DNA from: Promethearchaeota archaeon
Lineage (GTDB): Archaea > Asgardarchaeota > Lokiarchaeia > Sigyniarchaeales > SOKP01
Reading direction: 5' to 3'
Assembly (NCBI GenBank): GCA_048940925.1
Contig: JBHLOC010000018.1
Coordinates: forward strand, 8,415-72,414
Length of the DNA stretch: 64,000 nucleotides
Translations under genes and position numbers: made by a program
Notes under the pieces: model-generated
What the model was told of the DNA's origin: nothing
Database searches by the model: none
The model's input: the letters and a program-made list of their open reading frames with translations, nothing else
Shown here: in pieces, positions 1 to 8,278 of the stretch
Layout of the letters: each line of letters starts with the position of its first letter
Position numbering within the stretch: position 1 is the first letter of the stretch

Positions 1-900
1 ATTTCTTTCCGTCTTTCGTCTTGTTCTCTTCGTTTTTCTATCATAAAAGCTTTCTCACCAATCGATTTTTCAATTTGCTTTGCAGGACTTTCAAGATCTG
101 GATGTATTTCTTTCCGTCTTTCGTCTTGTTCTCTTCGTTTTTCTATCATAAAAGCTTTCTCACCAATCGATTTTTCAATTTGTTTCGCAGAACTTTCAAG
201 ATCTGGATGTATTTCTTTCCGTCTTTCGTCTTGTTCTCTTCGTTTTTCCATCAGAAAAGCTTTTTCTTCGATCGACTTTTCAATTTTTTCACCTGTACTT
301 CCAATATCAGGATGTAATACACTTTTTTGAATTGCGATTTGCTTTTGTCTCTCTACCATAAATACCTTATCTCCAAGAGCTTTCCCAATTTTCTCTGCAG
401 TACCTTTAATGTCTGGATGCAAATTTTTTATCTGAGCGGCACTATCTTTTTGTCGATCAATTATGAAAGCTTTTTCTCCAACAGATTTCTCTATCTTTTC
501 AGCCGTCCCTTTCATATCAGGACGAATTTCAGCACGCTGAGCGGCACTCTCTTTTTGTCGATCAATCATAAAAGCTTTTTCTCCAACAGATTTCTCTATC
601 TTTTCAGCCATCCCTTTCATATCGGGACGAATTTCAGCACGTTGAAGAGCACTTTCTTTTTGTCGATCAATCAAAAAAGCTTTTTCTCCAACAGATTTTT
701 CTATCTTTTCAGCCGTCCCCTTCATATCAGGGTGAATTTCAGCACGTTGAAGAGCACTTTCTTTTTGCCGATTAATCATAAATGCTTTTTCTCCAATAGA
801 TTTCTCTATTATCTTAGCAGTACCTATAATATCTGGTTGTAATTCTTTTAACTGTGATGTAACTTCTTTTTTTCGATCAATAAGAAAAGCTTTTTCATCT
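1..900. repeat. 105-bp coding tandem repeat, about 9 degenerate units
   Basis: atttctttccgtctttcgtcttgttctcttcg recurs at 1, 106 and 211. The aaagc anchor (EKAF) recurs every 105 nt up to about 886. Confidence 0.9.
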
Positions 901-1070
901 ATTAAACTAGAAATTTCTCCTTTACCCTGTTCAAATGATTTTTTCCTTTCAGTTTTTATGCTTTTTAAATAAGTAGCTCTTTCTTTTTTTTCTTTTTTAT
1001 AAAGTTTATCAACAAGTTTCTTCTGTTTCTTTATTTCTTCACTCGTTAAAGGTTTTTCATTCTCTCCCAC
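1..1070 (-). CDS. Highly charged protein with 35-aa tandem repeats (partial, runs off the left edge)
   Basis: Manual minus-strand translation from GTG at 1070: MGENEKPLTSEEIKKQKK..., then repeats like GEKAFLIDRQKESALQRAEIRPDMKGTAEKIEKSV. Absent from the ORF track, presumably because no stop falls inside the window. Confidence 0.8.
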   Translation of the reverse strand, partial: MGENEKPLTSEEIKKQKKLVDKLYKKEKKERATYLKSIKTERKKSFEQGKGEISSLIDEKAFLIDRKKEVTSQLKELQPDIIGTAKIIEKSIGEKAFMINRQKESALQRAEIHPDMKGTAEKIEKSVGEKAFLIDRQKESALQRAEIRPDMKGMAEKIEKSVGEKAFMIDRQKESAAQRAEIRPDMKGTAEKIEKSVGEKAFIIDRQKDSAAQIKNLHPDIKGTAEKIGKALGDKVFMVERQKQIAIQKSVLHPDIGSTGEKIEKSIEEKAFLMEKRREQDERRKEIHPDLESSAKQIEKSIGEKAFMIEKRREQDERRKEIHPDLESPAKQIEKSIGEKAFMIEKRREQDERRKE

Positions 1071-1217
1071 TATTCTCACATCAAGATGGTTAAAAAAATT
1101 TTTGTAATTATAATAGTAAATTTATTATTTAACTATTGTTAGATTTTAATTTAACCTAAGTTTTCAGTTTAAAGATATATAAAAATATTCAATATTGATT
1201 TTTCAATCTTTTCATAT

Positions 1218-1967
1218 TTACTTTATAGGAATAGGATCAAAAGAATCATCTTGAATGTGATCCATTAAGCTAATAACTGTTAATTGCATTATCAGCATCT
1301 CATCTACTTCTATAAGTAATTTTTTATATTTCTCTGAATCCTTCAATATGTTATATTTCGAAATTAATTCTTCAAACTTAAATCTTAAATTCTCTTTTAA
1401 TTTCTCTTGTTGATCTAAGTCGAGATTTTGAGATTTAAGCCACATATCTATTTCATTTTTGACTTGAAATTCAACATTGTTAGCTATATCATAGGAGACT
1501 TCAACTTCTTTAAAATTGTTTATTAGATTAAGATAATTCTTATCCTTATACAATGGTTTAAGTAATAGGCAAAGATTTGTAACTAAAGGTTGAAGTTCGA
1601 GTCTTTCAAGAGATTCTGCTAATAAATTTAAAACTTGTTTCTTCTGGTCAATTTTCACATAATTTATATACTCTTGAATAAAATGCATAACTGAATTTTT
1701 TATCAATAATTCCTCAAAATCGTAAATTGAATCTAATGAAATTTCTAAGGTATTATTGATACAGTAATATAAAGAATTCATAAGTGGTGTATTATCATGA
1801 AACATAGAGAATTTATTAATAAAACCTAAAATATCTCCTAAAATTTCTAACTTGTCCTCTTCAGGCTTAGTCTTGAAGTATAGATTAATAGATTGTTCTA
1901 AGTTATTATTTTCATCAGGGATAGATAAAAGTTCCTTTATTTCAGAATAAACTGAACTTAAATTCAC
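1218..1967 (-). CDS. Hypothetical helical protein
   Basis: 249-aa ORF, no recognised motif. Confidence 0.7.
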   Translation of the reverse strand: MNLSSVYSEIKELLSIPDENNNLEQSINLYFKTKPEEDKLEILGDILGFINKFSMFHDNTPLMNSLYYCINNTLEISLDSIYDFEELLIKNSVMHFIQEYINYVKIDQKKQVLNLLAESLERLELQPLVTNLCLLLKPLYKDKNYLNLINNFKEVEVSYDIANNVEFQVKNEIDMWLKSQNLDLDQQEKLKENLRFKFEELISKYNILKDSEKYKKLLIEVDEMLIMQLTVISLMDHIQDDSFDPIPIK

Positions 1968-2036
1968 AATAATTTTATTTGTTAATATTCTTTAAAAAAA
2001 TTTATTTTATGTTAAGAGAGAAAAAAAATTAAAGAT

Positions 2037-3374
2037 TTAAAATGCTGTTGTAATTAATGATGTAGTACCATTTTTTTGAGCTTTTTGAAGATATTTCATT
2101 GCTTCTTCAAATGTTAATCCCGCTAAATCTAATGCTGTCATATTTGCAAGTTTAAGTTCAGCAGTTACTGTTTCAGCTAGATTGTTACAATCGCCCGAAA
2201 AATAAACTTTTTTCCTTCCAAATTCTTTTCGAAGATCTTTACCAACTTCTTCAATTGCACAATATCCTGCTACTAATCCTTTAGTGTATCCTTCTGATTT
2301 CAATTGATTAATTAAATCATCATCATGGCCTTTTCCCATTACTATAAACCATCCTCCTTTAAACTTTCTTTGATGATCAAAAGCCAAAGTTTGTAATACT
2401 GTTAAGGGGTTGTCTTGACACCCTTCTCTGCATAATAAATCTTTACCTTTCACAATTTTCACATTTTCGGGATATTTTTGAAGTAATTTCCACTCATATT
2501 TTTCTTTATATTCTTCTAAATCCTTTCCTACAACTTTAATTTTGCTTAAATCGCCTTCTCCTAATCCCCGTTCATAAGCTAATTTTAGATGTGGAATTTC
2601 ATCAATTTTTAAGCCAAAGATTCTTGCTCCTACGACATCAACAGCTAAAGTGTCTCTACCACCAATCAAAATATTAAACGGGATTATGACCTTATCCTCC
2701 CAAGCAATAGGAGGCCAATGTCCATGGATTGTTCCTTCTGTTCCATCTATAATTGTAATATCTGGCTTTATCCGTTCATAGACTTCTACTAATTTTGAAT
2801 GTAAATTGTAATTATGATCTTTTCCACGGTCTGCATGTTGAGGAAACCCCCATTGATTTTTAATACCCAATGTAACTACTGCCATAGAATGAGTTTTAAG
2901 TTTTGGAACATTAATATATGTAACTGAATCTCTGTTTTCCATAATCTTTACGACCGTTTTTGGCAATCTGAAAGTCATCAAATTATATCCTTTAGAGTCT
3001 TCTTTTATTGGAGGTTTATTTCTGAATTCAAATTGCTCTGTATCTTCTTCATCCAAATATATAATTTTTGCTCCAGTTCTTTCACAAACTTCTTTATAAC
3101 CATTGATAGCAAAGACAATCCTAGTGAAATTCGCCTGTGTGGAATTTTCCATAACATAAACTTCAGCTCCAATTTCTTTTAAATACAGAATGATGGCTTC
3201 TAACACTTCTGGAGATGTATATGCGTGTTTTTTAAAATCAATACCATTTACTTTTATATAGACTTCATTGGATCTTTTAACAATAGGTTGACCACTTTTT
3301 ACAAGTTGTGTAAATATTCGGTTTACAGCAGTTTTAATTCCTTGTTTTGTTTCTTCAATATAAACTTCAGTCAT
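2037..3374 (-). CDS. DUF362-family (Fe-S-associated) protein
   Basis: YINVPKLKTH...TLGIKNQWG and D-x-LAVD motifs, C-terminal Cys residues. Confidence 0.8.
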   Translation of the reverse strand: MTEVYIEETKQGIKTAVNRIFTQLVKSGQPIVKRSNEVYIKVNGIDFKKHAYTSPEVLEAIILYLKEIGAEVYVMENSTQANFTRIVFAINGYKEVCERTGAKIIYLDEEDTEQFEFRNKPPIKEDSKGYNLMTFRLPKTVVKIMENRDSVTYINVPKLKTHSMAVVTLGIKNQWGFPQHADRGKDHNYNLHSKLVEVYERIKPDITIIDGTEGTIHGHWPPIAWEDKVIIPFNILIGGRDTLAVDVVGARIFGLKIDEIPHLKLAYERGLGEGDLSKIKVVGKDLEEYKEKYEWKLLQKYPENVKIVKGKDLLCREGCQDNPLTVLQTLAFDHQRKFKGGWFIVMGKGHDDDLINQLKSEGYTKGLVAGYCAIEEVGKDLRKEFGRKKVYFSGDCNNLAETVTAELKLANMTALDLAGLTFEEAMKYLQKAQKNGTTSLITTAF

Positions 3375-3472
3375 GATTTTTTCATATTTATAATAATATT
3401 GTCTAAGGGATTAATCCTTATAATAATTAAATTTTTTAGTACTATTAATTTAAAAAAATAAAAGAGAATGGT

Positions 3473-3490
3473 ATCTGACATATGTCAGAT
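3473..3490. promoter_or_regulatory. Perfect 18-bp palindrome, candidate operator in a divergent promoter region
   Basis: ATCTGACATATGTCAGAT is its own reverse complement and lies just upstream of a BRE/TATA-like gaaaagtttaaaaa and the PadR gene. Confidence 0.6.
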
Positions 3491-3578
3491 TATCGAAAAG
3501 TTTAAAAAGGAAAACTACTAGTATTCTCTCAACAAGTTACTTTTCTTTAATTTTTCAGGTTTTAATAGTGATGTAAGG

Positions 3579-4313
3579 ATGTTTAAAAGAGATATAGATC
3601 ATTTTAGGTACGGTGATAGTATTCAGAAATTTAAGGGAGAAAATCCCCATGAATATCATGGACCTCCATATCCACCTCCATTTGGAGGTTTTCCACCTTT
3701 TGGACCAATCACACCATTTCAAGGAGCACACTTTAAATTTCCATTACTGATGGGTCGAGAATTTTTTCAAGAGATAAGAGATTATATGATTCTACTAATA
3801 ATCTCAGAGCATCCAGAGGGTATAACTGGGTATAAATTAACGGAGAAATATAACTTTCCAAGAGGCACACTTATAAAAACATTGCAGGATTTGGTAGATA
3901 GAGGTTATTTAGAGACTAAAGAGGAAATTATTGAAGGACGGGTAAATAAGTTTTATACAATAACAGATGAAGGAAGGAAATTTTTAGAAGAATTGAAATT
4001 GAAGTGGGCAAACATTTTTGGTAAAATGGCAGAAATAAATCCTCCTGAGGGATTAAAAACAATGATATTTTCAAAAATAAATGAATTTGAGTCACTAGAT
4101 GATGCTGTAGATTTTTTTAGGGGTATGAGATCGTGGATGAAAGGAATGATTCAACGTATTGAGAGTAGAATAGAGAAATTTAAAAGATCTAAGGTAGATT
4201 TAGACAAATTAATCCAGGATATTGATAAAATGGATTATTTAGACAAAGAGAAGATTAAAGAAATGGTTAATGAATCAATTAAAAAAATGGAAGAAGAAAT
4301 AAAAAATGAATGA
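3579..4313 (+). CDS. PadR-family winged-helix transcriptional regulator
   Basis: ILLII..GITGYKL..L.DRGYL...KFYTITDEGRKFL wHTH pattern; first gene of an ABC operon. Confidence 0.8.
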   Translation: MFKRDIDHFRYGDSIQKFKGENPHEYHGPPYPPPFGGFPPFGPITPFQGAHFKFPLLMGREFFQEIRDYMILLIISEHPEGITGYKLTEKYNFPRGTLIKTLQDLVDRGYLETKEEIIEGRVNKFYTITDEGRKFLEELKLKWANIFGKMAEINPPEGLKTMIFSKINEFESLDDAVDFFRGMRSWMKGMIQRIESRIEKFKRSKVDLDKLIQDIDKMDYLDKEKIKEMVNESIKKMEEEIKNE

Positions 4314-5322
4314 CAAAAATCAAGAAATTTTAATAGAATTTAAAAACTTGACCAAGAAGTTTGGAAATTTTTATGCAGTGAAAGGAGTTAATTTAGAAAT
4401 AAGGCGTGGTGAAATTGTAGGTTTCCTTGGACCTAATGGAGCTGGAAAAACTACTACAATGAAAATGATGGCCCGTTTATTAAAACCTAATGAAGGTGAG
4501 GTATGGATACGGGCAAATGGGGATCTTCAGAAATTGACAAATAGGAATAAGGATTTTCTCTTAGATAATATTGGTTTCCTTATAGAAATACCCGCTTTTT
4601 ATGGAAAAGTTACTCCGAAGGAAATTTTGAAATACTTTGCAAAATTAAAAGGTTATCCACATAAATTGATTAAACAAAGAATTGATAAGGTTCTTAAAAT
4701 GATAGGTATGTTAGAATGGAGAGACAAGAAGATTGGAACTTTTTCTAAAGGAATGCGACAAAAAATTGGGATTGTTTCGGCAATTATTCACAATCCAGAT
4801 ATAGTCGTCTTAGACGAACCTCAAACAGGTTTAGATCCGACAGCGAGGAAGGAAGTTCGTGATTTCATTTTGAACTTAAAAAAAATGGGAAAAACAGTGT
4901 TTCTCAGTAGTCATTTACTTTATGAAATTAGTGAAGTAGCGGATAGAATCGCAATAATTCATCATGGACAAATAATTGCATTTGACACATTAGATAATTT
5001 AGAGAGAAAAGCGATGAAAAGTGTTATTCATTTTGAATTAAAAAATCCACCAGATACCGAGATTGATAAGTTCATTAAGCAACTAAAAACAATAATTATT
5101 CCATTAACAGGTATCGCAGAGGAAGATAGTTGGATTAAATTTGATAACGATTCTAAGATTTTCCAAATTTTTTTCAATGGAAATCCTAAGAATCAGACTG
5201 AAATCCTAAAAAAACTTATTGATAATGGTTATGAAATTTTAGAATATTCAGTGCCTAAAGCTGGGCTTCTTGAGAGTTTATTTATTGAGTTAACTAGAAG
5301 GAATAGTATAGAGGGTGTCTAA
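4306..5322 (+). CDS. ABC-2 type transporter ATP-binding protein
   Basis: Walker A GPNGAGKT, signature FSKGM, Walker B VVLDEP. Confidence 0.92.
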   Translation: [338 protein letters not shown]

Positions 5323-5327
5323 AAATA

Positions 5328-6233
5328 ATGGCATTAGAAAATGAGCAATTTAAAACTGAGATATTGGTTCTCGAAAAAAAAAAATTCGGATTAAGGAGTT
5401 ATTTCACTCAAATTGTGGATACTATTAATTTTGAGCTTAAGAGATTTTTCAAGACTTTTATTCTTATGATTTTTGTATTTCTTGGAATTTTTACTATTTT
5501 CTATGTGGTTCAGGAGCTACAATACTTACAAAATGTTCAATTACCAGAAGATCCTATTGATTATATTAATTCATACATGGGTATGTTCGGTTTTATGGTT
5601 ATACTAAGCGCTGCTGGATTCGCAGGCTCAATTATTGCTGATGATTTTCACAGACAAACTGGTAATTTAATATTCCCTAAGATAAGTAAAACTCGGCTAT
5701 TAATAGGAAGAGTTATTTCGAGATATGCTTTAAATGGGATATGCATTACCTTTTATTATATCTTAGTTGGAGTAATTACTTTTGTAAAGTATGGAGAGAT
5801 TCCACTTGTATTATGGGTGTCAATGGGATGGGCACTCTTATACACTTTTATGATATTTTCATTTGTAACTCTTATGAGTAGTATAATGAAAAGTACGGCA
5901 ATAAGCATTATCGTCAGTATACTTTTTTTGTTAATGGTTTTCAATCTAATCATTATAATTCTACGATTTGTCGGTTTAGAAATTGAACCACTCTTTATAC
6001 CTACTTATTATGAAGGTATTATTACAGGTAGTATGCGTATGCCTAATCCTAGATATACTGAGATTAGAATGCCTACTGGCCCGGGCAATCAAGGAAATGG
6101 ACAATTTGCAACATTTTTACAATGGATCACACCCACTGAAGTTGCGGCGATTATAGGAATTTTGCTTTTTACAGCTATTTTTCTAGGTTTAGCATATTTT
6201 CTATATAAACGACGGCAAAGCAAGAATGAATAA
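5328..6233 (+). CDS. ABC-2 type permease
   Basis: About 6 hydrophobic helices, adjacent to the ATPase gene. Confidence 0.85.
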   Translation: MALENEQFKTEILVLEKKKFGLRSYFTQIVDTINFELKRFFKTFILMIFVFLGIFTIFYVVQELQYLQNVQLPEDPIDYINSYMGMFGFMVILSAAGFAGSIIADDFHRQTGNLIFPKISKTRLLIGRVISRYALNGICITFYYILVGVITFVKYGEIPLVLWVSMGWALLYTFMIFSFVTLMSSIMKSTAISIIVSILFLLMVFNLIIIILRFVGLEIEPLFIPTYYEGIITGSMRMPNPRYTEIRMPTGPGNQGNGQFATFLQWITPTEVAAIIGILLFTAIFLGLAYFLYKRRQSKNE

Positions 6234-6308
6234 ATAAGAGATTAAATAATATTTTTATTTTACAATAAAAAAATATTTTTAGAATTAACAAATTATTTGA
6301 ACAATAAA

Positions 6309-6470
6309 ATGACTGAGAATATAATAAAAGTAAAAGACTTGATAAATATCTGTGAAGATAGTATTGTACTTGCTGTTAATGTTATTAATTTTAGTAACAA
6401 AAAAAGAGAAATATCAGGGTTATTAGGTTCAAATAATCTTGGAAAAATTACTAAAATAAAAAGATAATTA
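6309..6470 (+). pseudogene. Decayed 5' fragment of an ABC ATPase (paralog of the 11347 gene)
   Basis: Translates MTENIIKVKDLINICEDSIVLAVNVINFSNKKREISGLLGSNNLGKITKIKDN*, colinear with [47 protein letters not shown]; Walker A is destroyed. Confidence 0.85.
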
Positions 6471-6490
6471 ATTTGGGTGAATGAAAGAAT

Positions 6491-8278
6491 ATGAATTCGC
6501 TACAAATGATTGTAAAATATTGGCTGAAAAGTAAAGGTATTTTTGCCAAAGCTTTCGTTCTGCAAATAATATCCACAATACTCCAGCTAATCATACCGAT
6601 TTTCATCGGACGACTTGTAGGTCGTTTAGATCCTAACTCACCGAACCCGATGAGTATGACTGAATTATTTTTTAACTTTTTTATGATCATCTTCCTTGGA
6701 CTGGCAGTTTTTCTCATCTTTCGTTATTCACGCATTTTGGGCGCACGAGTTTCAACGAATGCTTTGTATTATGTCAGGAAGGATATATATAATGCGATAA
6801 ATCGCCAATCATATGGTTATTTTGACAAAATGGAAGCGGGGAATTTAGTAGCGCGGGCTACATCAGATGTAGAACAAACAGATATGATCTTCGGGTTCGG
6901 ATTAGCAGTAGGGGTTCAAGGTATCATCCAACTTTTTGGAGTTCTGATTGCCGTGTCAATTCTCAGAACCCAGATGATTTGGATTTTCGCAATCATGATC
7001 CCTTCCTCACTTGCCATCTCGTTAATTATTACGAGCAAACTACGTCCAATTTATTATGAAAGTCGAGAAGCATTTGGTGAACTCACCAACACCATCCGGG
7101 AGAATATTGTAGGATCACAGGTAGTTCGGATGTTCAGTATGCAAGACAAGGAATTTCGGAAATTCAGCATTAATAACGAACGATTTTATAAAGCAAGTGT
7201 GCGTTCAGTAAAAATTAACACCCTCTATATGCCTATCAACCTCATATTGATTGGATTGATGATCGTACTTACACTCTTTGTCGGTGGTAACTTGATCATA
7301 CAAGGTGTTATGTCATTATCCACTCTCATCACTTTTCAATCCTATATTACATTAACTACCTTCCCTCTAATCATTCTCGGGCAGATTATGATCATGTATG
7401 TCCAAGCAGATGCAGCTTTACGCCGAGTACGAGAAGTGATTGAATCAGCTCCAGAGATAGTGGAAAAGACGAATCCCGTTAGTGCAAAGAACCTCCAAGG
7501 AGAGATCGAATTTGAAAACGTTTCCTTTGGGTATACTCCAAGTAATCGTGTACTTAAAAATTTGACATTTAAAGTTTCCTCAGGACGAAAAATTGCTATC
7601 ATTGGAACAACCGGTTCAGGAAAATCCACGATCATTAACCTTATTCCGCGATTTTATGATGTGAGCGAAGGTTCTATTAAGATTGATGGTGTAGATGTCC
7701 AGGACTATAATATCTCAGAGTTACGTGGAAACATAGCCATTGTGTCCCAAGATACATTTCTATTTGACAAAACCATCAAACAAAACATAACCTATGGTAA
7801 GGAAAACGCAACAATGGAAGAAGTGGTAGAAGCAGCAAGTAATGCTAATATTCATGATTTTATCACAAATTTACCGGATGGTTACCAAACCAGGGTGGGA
7901 GAACGTGGTACTCTTCTCTCTGGGGGTCAGAAGCAACGCTTAAGTATTGCTCGTGCGATCATTATTAAACCTAAGATCCTAATCTTCGATGATTCAACCA
8001 GTTCTGTTGATGTCGAGACCGAATACAAGATCCAACGAGCCCTTGAGGATATAATGAAAAATACAACGACATTCATTATTACACAACGGATTTCGACTAT
8101 CCGAAATGCTGATGAGATCCTAGTATTGGATAAAGGTAGGATCGTGGGATATGGAACCCATGATAACTTGATTCATGATAATGTCCTTTACCGGCAGATC
8201 TTCGAAACACTCTATAGGAAGCAAAGAGAGCTCATTGTAAAGCCAGTAATGACCACAAAAGAGGTGATTCATAAATGA
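6491..8278 (+). CDS. ABC exporter TMD-NBD half transporter (MdlA/MsbA-like), subunit A
   Basis: TM domain plus GTTGSGKS, LSGGQ and degenerate Walker B IFDD. Confidence 0.92.
   Translation: MNSLQMIVKYWLKSKGIFAKAFVLQIISTILQLIIPIFIGRLVGRLDPNSPNPMSMTELFFNFFMIIFLGLAVFLIFRYSRILGARVSTNALYYVRKDIYNAINRQSYGYFDKMEAGNLVARATSDVEQTDMIFGFGLAVGVQGIIQLFGVLIAVSILRTQMIWIFAIMIPSSLAISLIITSKLRPIYYESREAFGELTNTIRENIVGSQVVRMFSMQDKEFRKFSINNERFYKASVRSVKINTLYMPINLILIGLMIVLTLFVGGNLIIQGVMSLSTLITFQSYITLTTFPLIILGQIMIMYVQADAALRRVREVIESAPEIVEKTNPVSAKNLQGEIEFENVSFGYTPSNRVLKNLTFKVSSGRKIAIIGTTGSGKSTIINLIPRFYDVSEGSIKIDGVDVQDYNISELRGNIAIVSQDTFLFDKTIKQNITYGKENATMEEVVEAASNANIHDFITNLPDGYQTRVGERGTLLSGGQKQRLSIARAIIIKPKILIFDDSTSSVDVETEYKIQRALEDIMKNTTTFIITQRISTIRNADEILVLDKGRIVGYGTHDNLIHDNVLYRQIFETLYRKQRELIVKPVMTTKEVIHK

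Noticed and set aside
21-842. Plus-strand Phe/Ser-rich ORFs 21..317 and 327..842
   Set aside because: Antisense shadows of the minus-strand Lys/Glu-rich repeat gene.
1-900. CRISPR array
   Set aside because: Units are contiguous 105-nt coding repeats without unique spacers, and no cas genes are nearby.
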